From IMG/VR virus record IMGVR_UViG_3300027365_000009, positions 85,877 to 149,876 of that record: a DNA stretch of 64,000 nt; one strand, given 5' to 3'. Origin of the DNA: a virus. The notes beneath the pieces are model-generated. The model searched no databases. It was not told the DNA's origin and worked only from the letters and a program-made list of their open reading frames with translations. Positions 56,822 through 64,000 of the stretch are shown here, piece by piece; position 1 is the first letter of the stretch; each line of letters begins with the position of its first letter. Both the position numbers and the translations under genes were made by a program.

Positions 56822-57575
56822 ACTTACTCCAACCACACCCTTCCACGCAGGTGGGACACCCATCCATCAGGACGAGATCCGAGCTACACTCAGGACATTT
56901 GCCTACAGACTTAGCAGCGGGCTCATCTTTCCCACCAATCGGGGTAACCTCGGGTTCCGGTTGGGGAGCTTTCGCTTCCGGTTCCGGGGTATAACCCGAC
57001 AGCTTTTGGGTATAACGTCCCACGATGTCCTGAAGTGGTGCTTGGAAGCCATCCTCGTCCAGGAAGCCACGCTTAAACAGGATCTGTTGGATCGACCAGG
57101 CGATAGCCGCCACCTCGGAGTCATGGAATGCCGGCTTACCGTACTTGTTCCAGCCACAACGCACCAGGCCCTTATCCCAAGCGACTTTACGTAGGTCCTG
57201 GAGGGCTTGGGTAGCATACCCACCGCGAGCGGCCAGGGACAGGCTACGCATGGTGGCGGTCACCCACTGGTGCTCGGTGGAGAGTTGACCTGACGGGATG
57301 AAGAATTCGATGGGACGCTCGATAGTGAGTTCCTTACCGTCCACCACACCGGTGACTGGCATGAACGACACCACCACGTAGAGTTTCTTCTTGCCTTCAG
57401 CACCGACCATGCTGATCTTTTCAGAGACCGCCTCCAGTGATCCCTCGGGACGAGACTCAACACGGGAGGTTAAGGGGTTATCGTCCGGGATCGCAACATC
57501 AACGGTGGCGTCATCCGGGTTAGCCTTGGTCGCCACTTGATAGCCCACGATCTTTGAGGTAATTTCAACAGTCAT
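56814..57575 (-). CDS. nrdJb: Class II ribonucleotide reductase, C-terminal split subunit
   Basis: I..KIVGY.V, RPEG.L and ERPIEFF motifs, ending CPEC....LMDGCPTC...CGWSKCG. Directly after nrdJa. Confidence 0.88.
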   Translation of the reverse strand: MTVEITSKIVGYQVATKANPDDATVDVAIPDDNPLTSRVESRPEGSLEAVSEKISMVGAEGKKKLYVVVSFMPVTGVVDGKELTIERPIEFFIPSGQLSTEHQWVTATMRSLSLAARGGYATQALQDLRKVAWDKGLVRCGWNKYGKPAFHDSEVAAIAWSIQQILFKRGFLDEDGFQAPLQDIVGRYTQKLSGYTPEPEAKAPQPEPEVTPIGGKDEPAAKSVGKCPECSSDLVLMDGCPTCVEGCGWSKCG

Positions 57576-57653
57576 GATATCTTCCGAAATTATATTACTG
57601 GATAGGGGAGGGGACCCCGTAAGGCCCCCTAGGTTTATCTCGATAAATGGGAC

Positions 57654-60581
57654 TTACCACTTACCATAGGTGCCTTCCTTGAGGGCGTCGTAGAGATTGG
57701 CCACGACATGCTCCTCTCCTTCGTAGATGACTTTCTCGTTGCCTGCCAACTCCACCTTCTCGCCGTTCTCCAACGTGAAGATATACGAGGTATCCTTCAG
57801 GTCATCTTCGCGCACTAAGACGCCCTGGAAAGCGGTTGGGTTGAACCGAAAAGTGGTTGCGCCCTTCAGCCCGCGCTCATAAGCGTCCAGGTACAGGTTC
57901 TCGAAACGCTCAAAAGCGAAATCCGTCGGAACATTCACCGTCTTGGAAATGGAGGAATCAATCCAATACTGGGACGCGGACTGAATCGACACGTGCTCTT
58001 CTGGGGTGATGTCATCGGAGACCACGAAGTAATCGGGGAGATCCTCTTCAGTGGCGTCAGGCTTCACGAAGTGGCGATAGGCGAGCAGTTCGAACGAGAC
58101 AACTTCCACCTGTTCTTTCGTCTTCTTACCCGACTGGATGATGTTGCGGTAGTAGCGATGCGAGAACGACGGTTCAATGCCATTGGAGGCATTATTGCCC
58201 AGAGACAGGGAGATAGTGCCTGTCGGCGCAATGGAACTGTGGTGGGTAAATCGCGCACCCACTTCCGCCAGTTCCGCTACCAGTTCGGGATTGGCTTTCG
58301 CAATGCGCTTCATGTACTCGCTGTACTTGGCATGCAGAATACGACCCGGGATCTTATCGCCCACTTCATAACCATCCTTCACCATTTCAGGACGCTGACG
58401 AAGCATCTTCGGGGTGACGGCAAACTCTTCGGTCATGATCGGTGCCGGGCCCTTCTCCTTGGCGAGTTGCAGGGCTTGTTGCCAGCCCACCAGGGCCAGT
58501 TCCTTGGTGACCTGGGTGGTGAAGCCCACAGAATCAACTTTACCGTAGGGCATCCCCAACATGGTCAGCGTAGAGCCCAGGCCCAGATACCCCATGCCAT
58601 GGCGACGTTTGGAAGTGATCTCCTTACGTTGATTCTCCAGGGGCAGGCCATTGATCTCCACCACATTGTCAAGCATGCGGGTAAAGATGGCCACCACCTT
58701 ACGGTAGCGCTCCCAATCGAAACGTGCCTTATCGGTAAAGGGATCAATCACGAACTTGGTCAGGTTCACTGACCCGAGCAGACACGCACCTTCTGGGGGG
58801 AGGGGTTGTTCACCGCAGTTGTGAACCAGAACCCCGTCATTATCTCCGGTGGCTACAAAGAAACGACTGAACTCGTCGACACTACCACAATAAACATCCT
58901 CGTTATAATCTAGAAACCGCACGCATTCTACCCGATGATTAGCTTCAGTAACGCGCTTGCGTACAGTATATGGGGAACACCCCAGTTGAGACGCGATCGT
59001 TCTATACGAAGCACCGCCCTCCCGCAGTTGAATCATTGTTTGGGTATTTAAATCGTTTCTATAACGACCGTTATTACCACCACTAAAATCAGTAGTTAAG
59101 AAGTGATTGCGTTCTGGGAAACGACGCATCGGATTTAAATCTCCGCGCATGTGCATTGAATTATGCTCGTTAGCCACCATTAATTCAATGTTCTCAGGTC
59201 TGTTATCCCATTTAATTCCATTTTTATGGTGTGCGTGATATCCATCAGGAACGCCATTCTCAAAAGGAACGTGGTGTTCTAAGGGCAAATGCTTCCCATT
59301 GGTTAGCCGCAAGTAACCTTTCTGATTTGCCTTATAACGGTAAACACTTTCAAGCGACATTCCGGGCTGAAGGTGCTGCGCCTCAACTTGACTGCCGTCT
59401 TTCAAAAAGAAGCGGTGTTCTGGTGTGCACCGTACCGTCTGACCATCGCCCAGAGAAACTTCGACTAAACGCGCATTTCGCTGGGTTACTCGAATATTGC
59501 GCATTGGGCGGTAAACCATTTGACCTTGGTGATTCTGAGTCAATACGTTTATATCAGTGCCCACTAACTGGTTGAATGGAATGTGTCCACGATCAGTCCA
59601 AACCCGAGTGTCTCCTGTGAAACATGGGTTCGTTGCGGTGATGGTCTCACACCACCAATTATTGTTCATGCGGTTGACCGCATCGATCAGGATAAAGCCG
59701 GGTTCTGCATAGTCATACGTCGAACGCATGATCTTCTTCCACAGGTCGCCAGCATTAATTCGTTGATACACCTTACAGGCCACCCGACCCTGATCGTCCA
59801 GGATGTAGTCGTCCTCAATGACCGGCCAATCGCGGTAGATGATGTCATCCTTAGACAGATCGTCGAACTCGGCTGCTTTGGTCGGGAAGACCAGGGGCCA
59901 CTCACTTCGGTTCTTGACCGCCTCCATGAACTCATCGGTAATGAGAAGGCTCATGTTGAATTGACGCAGCCGACCGTCTTCGCGCTTGGCGTCGATAAAC
60001 TCCTCGACATCGGGATGGGAGACATCAAACGTCGCCATCTGGGCACCCCTACGACCACCGGCAGAGGCTACGGTAAAGCACATCTTGTCGAAGATGTCCA
60101 TGAACGCAATCGGACCGTTCGTTCCAGCGCCAGCGCCATGAACGTACGCGCCGCGAGGACGGATGGTGCTGAATGAATACCCGATACCACAACCGGCTTT
60201 CAAGGTAATCCCCGCATCGGAGACCGCCGACAGGATCTCGGCCATGCCATCACGGACATTTTTGGAAACGGTACAATTTATAAGGGATACCGCGGTCTTA
60301 TGATCGGAGGCTCCGGCATTGGAGGTAATGCGTCCCGCGGGGATAGCACCATTCTCCAGCGCCCACAGGAACCGTTCTTCCCAGAACTCTCTTTCTTCTT
60401 CATGCTCGATACTGGCCAGTGTCTTGGCCACCCGCTTGTAGGTATCCTCTACCGTCTGGTCGACCGGTTCTCCATGACGATCCCGAAGGCGATACTTCGA
60501 ATCCCAAATATCATAAGAGGGTAACTGCATCGGGACATCATTGGTAGAATTAAGTTCCGGCTGCGAGACGTGTTCAGTCAT
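57654..60581 (-). CDS. nrdJa: Adenosylcobalamin-dependent ribonucleotide reductase containing an intein
   Basis: Motifs IPAGRI..NAG, SLINCTV, GGRRGAQM, TNP|CGEQPLPP.GACLLGS, SIAPTGTISL and IDSSISKTVN. Confidence 0.95.
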   Translation of the reverse strand: MTEHVSQPELNSTNDVPMQLPSYDIWDSKYRLRDRHGEPVDQTVEDTYKRVAKTLASIEHEEEREFWEERFLWALENGAIPAGRITSNAGASDHKTAVSLINCTVSKNVRDGMAEILSAVSDAGITLKAGCGIGYSFSTIRPRGAYVHGAGAGTNGPIAFMDIFDKMCFTVASAGGRRGAQMATFDVSHPDVEEFIDAKREDGRLRQFNMSLLITDEFMEAVKNRSEWPLVFPTKAAEFDDLSKDDIIYRDWPVIEDDYILDDQGRVACKVYQRINAGDLWKKIMRSTYDYAEPGFILIDAVNRMNNNWWCETITATNPCFTGDTRVWTDRGHIPFNQLVGTDINVLTQNHQGQMVYRPMRNIRVTQRNARLVEVSLGDGQTVRCTPEHRFFLKDGSQVEAQHLQPGMSLESVYRYKANQKGYLRLTNGKHLPLEHHVPFENGVPDGYHAHHKNGIKWDNRPENIELMVANEHNSMHMRGDLNPMRRFPERNHFLTTDFSGGNNGRYRNDLNTQTMIQLREGGASYRTIASQLGCSPYTVRKRVTEANHRVECVRFLDYNEDVYCGSVDEFSRFFVATGDNDGVLVHNCGEQPLPPEGACLLGSVNLTKFVIDPFTDKARFDWERYRKVVAIFTRMLDNVVEINGLPLENQRKEITSKRRHGMGYLGLGSTLTMLGMPYGKVDSVGFTTQVTKELALVGWQQALQLAKEKGPAPIMTEEFAVTPKMLRQRPEMVKDGYEVGDKIPGRILHAKYSEYMKRIAKANPELVAELAEVGARFTHHSSIAPTGTISLSLGNNASNGIEPSFSHRYYRNIIQSGKKTKEQVEVVSFELLAYRHFVKPDATEEDLPDYFVVSDDITPEEHVSIQSASQYWIDSSISKTVNVPTDFAFERFENLYLDAYERGLKGATTFRFNPTAFQGVLVREDDLKDTSYIFTLENGEKVELAGNEKVIYEGEEHVVANLYDALKEGTYGKW
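58818..59624 (-). mobile_element. 269-aa intein with an HNH endonuclease
   Basis: Starts CFTGDTRV after NP, contains CTPEHRF (block B), and ends VLVHN before CGEQ. Internal HHKNGIKWDNRPENIEL....H...H. Confidence 0.93.
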
Positions 60582-60701
60582 GACATTTTACTCGTTGAAG
60601 GTGAACGAAAGGTAATACAAAACTGGTCTGATCCTTTCTCAGGCATAGTATAGTACGCTAAGTAAACTAACGGGAAACGCCCGTCTCATGCGGGTTTCAG
60701 G

Positions 60702-60739
60702 GACATATAGCGAGGCGCTCCTAGGAGCGCCTCTATGCC
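60702..60739. terminator. Hairpin with CATA/TATG flanks
   Basis: GACATAtagc-GAGGCGCTC-ctag-GAGCGCCTC-TATGCC. Confidence 0.65.
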
Positions 60740-60804
60740 ATTTTAGCCGTTACCTTACCCTAGGTACTACCTCACTACCTTAAGGCGAACTAAAGGGCCT
60801 TTGG

Positions 60805-61884
60805 TCAGCGAATGGAGGCATCAATCCAGATGGCGTATGACCTTACGACCGAATAGATAATTTCCTTGAACTTGGTGGTGATGGGGGGAGGGGTTCCTTT
60901 AAACGGACGAAGGAGAGACATCCAGGCTTTGGCACGATTTTCATCGGTCAACATATCCCGGGCCATGTCGGTACCCACCTCGGAAAGAATCCGGGTTCCC
61001 ATGTTCAGCCAAGGATTGTCGGTCTGGGGAATTTCAACCTCACTTCCTTTGGGGATGTGTTTGGCAATGTTGTTCTTCCCATACAGGTATTCGTTGATCT
61101 GAGTCCACCCATGCCAACTCTGGTCGGCAGCAAACGATACCGTACGGTTAGTGGAAAGGTCGCGAATTTGTCCCCAGAAAGCATCCATCACGTCCAGATA
61201 CTCTAACATGACCTGTGCGTGGGCAATGATCTCCTGTTGTGTCATGGCAGGGACATGCCGCACGGATGTGCGCATGGGTTCGGTAAAACCGCGTTTTACG
61301 TAAATGCGATTTCCCAGTGGGAACTCAAACTTACGTTCCATCTCCCGAGCAATTGCCGTTTCTGGAAGGGTCAAGGCATTCACACGGTCTGAAATATCTC
61401 GAAGGGTCTCATCGTTAACTTCCGAACGGGAAAGGTCACGAGCAATGGGCTCCAGGCGTCGATAGTACGCCGCGACCTCTTTGGTGGTCTTGTCCATCCA
61501 CACTTTGAGGTCGTTCAATGCATCACGTGCCTGTTCGGGAGTTGCCACCTCATTATTAACCGCCAAGTAGGGAATGGCGTGAGTGAGTTTTAAATCCTTC
61601 TCTACGAAACGTCGCTTCTCCAGCCATTGTGGATTGGCATAGTAGAGTCGAATCGCTTCTCTGACATGTTTGATGCTGTATTTCCAATCGGTGGGCTTAC
61701 CGCCCTCCTTGAAATTGCGTTTGATATCACCAAAGAAATTGGCAACGGCTTCGGAGATACCCTCATTGGAAATTTCCAGTTCCTGATCCTGACCAAACAG
61801 ATCCGGGAAAAAGGATTCCAATGATGGGGTTTCTTCGGTGGTACCGAGAGGGAACTGAGTTTCGAGAAGATTACGAATTGACAC
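60805..61884 (-). CDS. Putative internal head protein
   Basis: Acidic N-terminal segment with S-x-E sites (SLE, SNE) of the type cleaved by phiKZ-like prohead proteases. Confidence 0.6.
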   Translation of the reverse strand: MSIRNLLETQFPLGTTEETPSLESFFPDLFGQDQELEISNEGISEAVANFFGDIKRNFKEGGKPTDWKYSIKHVREAIRLYYANPQWLEKRRFVEKDLKLTHAIPYLAVNNEVATPEQARDALNDLKVWMDKTTKEVAAYYRRLEPIARDLSRSEVNDETLRDISDRVNALTLPETAIAREMERKFEFPLGNRIYVKRGFTEPMRTSVRHVPAMTQQEIIAHAQVMLEYLDVMDAFWGQIRDLSTNRTVSFAADQSWHGWTQINEYLYGKNNIAKHIPKGSEVEIPQTDNPWLNMGTRILSEVGTDMARDMLTDENRAKAWMSLLRPFKGTPPPITTKFKEIIYSVVRSYAIWIDASIR

Positions 61885-61896
61885 GGGTATTTTCCT

Positions 61897-63135
61897 TTAT
61901 GATGAATAGTAGCTCTTTGTTAACGTCCGGAGCGCTACATAGAGCAGCACTCCTGTACGCACGGAGGCAATGACGGGTTGGTTACGGGTCTTGACTGCAT
62001 TACGCACCAGTTTCTCTGTCCATTCACGCAGTTTCAGCACGGTGGGATCAGAGGATCGGGAGGCCATCAGTTGATTACGTAGGCGTACCATCAATCCCGC
62101 CAGGTCGTTATTATGCTTCAGTAGCTGGCGCTGACTGTGGAGGTAATCGAAGACATACAACAAGTCTTCCTTCACAATGTCTTCCAGATAACTTTGACCA
62201 CGCTGTCGATAGTTTTTCGACATGTAGGACAGAGTGTCTCGAAGAAGGGGCTCGGGTAACGTCCGCATGGCGTTAACCACCACCTCAACTAACTCGTCAC
62301 GAATGAAGTTACGTTCGTTTTGCACGACTTCATTGGCATAACGCAGATAGCTACTATACCCGTTACGACGATCACGGAGGACGGTTTCGCCATCGGTACT
62401 GACCATGGTGGCTGACACGGTATTCACCCGAGTGTTGGACTGGAGGGTTGTGAGATACACCGCATAGATCTTCTTAACGACTTCGCGAATCCGACCTTGG
62501 GTGTCGGTCACCACACGAATGATCATCGGATCTGGGGCAAACTTCTTGATTGGTTGGCGGTAGATGGAATTAGGGGAGATCAGGTCTTCACTACGCGCTT
62601 CCAGCAGGGCACGCCATGATCCGTAGCGGCGGATGTCATACCGTCCTGAGAGCATCCCGTACGTCGCTCGGGCGACCGCAGGATCAGCCGGGTACTTAAA
62701 ACGAGGAATCAGAAGACTGGTCAGGAACCGGTAATGCATGACCATGAAGGCGTGCTTCGCCGCTTCTTTGCGCAGCTTTTGGGGAATCGATGTTTCATTC
62801 TCCAGGCGGTGGGCAATGTAGACTGGCGTGTAGTTAAATACATCGCCCATTACCTTGAAGTCGTGGTTAACCGATCTCACCTGACGGAAGGCATTGATCA
62901 ACAATCCTTCATCGACGTCCAGGACCTCTTCATACCAGGCGTCACGGTCGGACTCCAGGAAGCGAATCGGATGGACACCTAATAAGACCCCACCGAAGAA
63001 CGCACTGTGGTCCTCGTTACGTGTCATGAACTGATTGGAAAAGCGGATAATGCGCTCACACAACTTTCGATCGAACTTAACCTGATCGAACTGTTCGTCG
63101 AACACATCCTTCAATGTAGGGGAAGACATGGCCAC
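61897..63135 (-). CDS. Conserved jumbo-phage protein
   Basis: 412 aa with RBS GAGGT. NEDH..FFGG.LLGV segment is recalled from phiKZ-like phages. Confidence 0.7.
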   Translation of the reverse strand: MAMSSPTLKDVFDEQFDQVKFDRKLCERIIRFSNQFMTRNEDHSAFFGGVLLGVHPIRFLESDRDAWYEEVLDVDEGLLINAFRQVRSVNHDFKVMGDVFNYTPVYIAHRLENETSIPQKLRKEAAKHAFMVMHYRFLTSLLIPRFKYPADPAVARATYGMLSGRYDIRRYGSWRALLEARSEDLISPNSIYRQPIKKFAPDPMIIRVVTDTQGRIREVVKKIYAVYLTTLQSNTRVNTVSATMVSTDGETVLRDRRNGYSSYLRYANEVVQNERNFIRDELVEVVVNAMRTLPEPLLRDTLSYMSKNYRQRGQSYLEDIVKEDLLYVFDYLHSQRQLLKHNNDLAGLMVRLRNQLMASRSSDPTVLKLREWTEKLVRNAVKTRNQPVIASVRTGVLLYVALRTLTKSYYSS

Positions 63136-63233
63136 CTCGTAGGGATAGATAGGATCAGAAGATTGAACGCAATCCCACGAAGTTACAGACCTAGATCATC
63201 TCTATGCAATCCCACTACTAGGAATGTACCCCC

Positions 63234-63617
63234 ATGAGTCATTACCTGTACCACTCGGTTATACTTAGCGTCCCCAACACCCAACAGTTGGACGTCGTTA
63301 CTCAAGAACTGGACAAACGGGAGCTTGAATATGCCGTCTCTCAAAAAACCGTGAACGAGACCTGCAGTGTTTGTGTCTTCCCCTCTGGGTCGAAAGCCGG
63401 TTGGGATGAATGGAGAGAACACGCAAGGAAGATCCAGGCCTTTGTCGCCAATTTAAAGAGTCACTCCCCTTCCGTGGAATGGGCCTGGGTCTGTTTTGGT
63501 GACGACACCAATAATCGAGCTTACGCGGACATCCACGACTTCCACGGAAACCCTAACGTTTCTCCAGAACCCCATCAAGCAGGTCTCGCCGTAGTCACCG
63601 AAACCCGTTACGAATAA
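63234..63617 (+). CDS. Hypothetical protein
   Basis: RBS AGGA. Confidence 0.65.
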   Translation: MSHYLYHSVILSVPNTQQLDVVTQELDKRELEYAVSQKTVNETCSVCVFPSGSKAGWDEWREHARKIQAFVANLKSHSPSVEWAWVCFGDDTNNRAYADIHDFHGNPNVSPEPHQAGLAVVTETRYE

Positions 63618-63634
63618 CCGAAAAGGAGATCCCC

Positions 63635-64000
63635 ATGCAAGCACTTGCTCTCCCCAACACCGATTCCCTTAACCGCCTGATCGAATCCCAGGCGAGTCAC
63701 CGTCGGTCGCTTCCTAAAGCGCACTTCGAGGTACCTCAGATTGATGAGGGGAAAGCCCAACACTTGGAACTCAATGCCCTCCTGCGTCACCTACTGTCGA
63801 TTCGTCGGGTCGTCGAAATCGAGAACCGGCTCGGAACCCTGCGGGGTGGTGATATCACTCCATTCGTAGATGCCATCGTACCGGACGCAGTAGAACGCAT
63901 CGGGGACATCACTGAGGGGCACAACCTGGACGTCGAGAACCGTCTCTTTGAGCAGGGATTTCTCTACACTTGCCTAGCCCACGAGGGTCCGCGTCTGTAC
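63635..64000 (+). CDS. Hypothetical protein, truncated by the window end
   Basis: RBS AAGGAG and ATG 63635, open to the end (MQALALPNTDSLNRLIES...). Confidence 0.65.
   Translation, partial: MQALALPNTDSLNRLIESQASHRRSLPKAHFEVPQIDEGKAQHLELNALLRHLLSIRRVVEIENRLGTLRGGDITPFVDAIVPDAVERIGDITEGHNLDVENRLFEQGFLYTCLAHEGPRLY

Noticed and set aside
1-64000. CRISPR arrays, tRNA or rRNA genes, integrase or transposase
   Set aside because: None recognised by eye. tRNAscan and CRISPR finders were not run.

Overview
This window is part of a phiKZ-like (Chimalliviridae-type) jumbo phage genome. It contains two conserved structural blocks. The left block has a virion RNA polymerase beta'-like gene running off the edge (absent from the ORF track), the gp181-like tail transglycosylase and a gp182-like gene. 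The right block has the tail tube, tail sheath, three gp26-28-like genes and the terminase. A long plus-strand accessory region lies between them. A dTTP-supply set is spread across the window: tmk, folA, thyA, dcd and a split class II RNR (nrdJa with an HNH intein, plus nrdJb). The main findings are: (1) a terminator-bounded operon of Tad1-like + stand-alone NAD-ligase Ia domain + Tad2-like genes, whose middle gene is a candidate new nucleotide-signal sponge; (2) a ~750-nt island of highly structured putative ncRNAs at 36060-36800; (3) three Mtd-like adhesin loci (one intact, one amber-interrupted, one orphan 3' cassette) with no reverse transcriptase in the window; (4) a free-standing HNH endonuclease flanked by two synonymously recoded copies of a structural gene's 3' end; (5) an exact 55-bp element shared by the folA and thyA 5' regions; (6) an unannotated mini-paralog of the tail-tube C-terminus. 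Family assignments come from remembered motifs read by eye. No database search or folding program was run.
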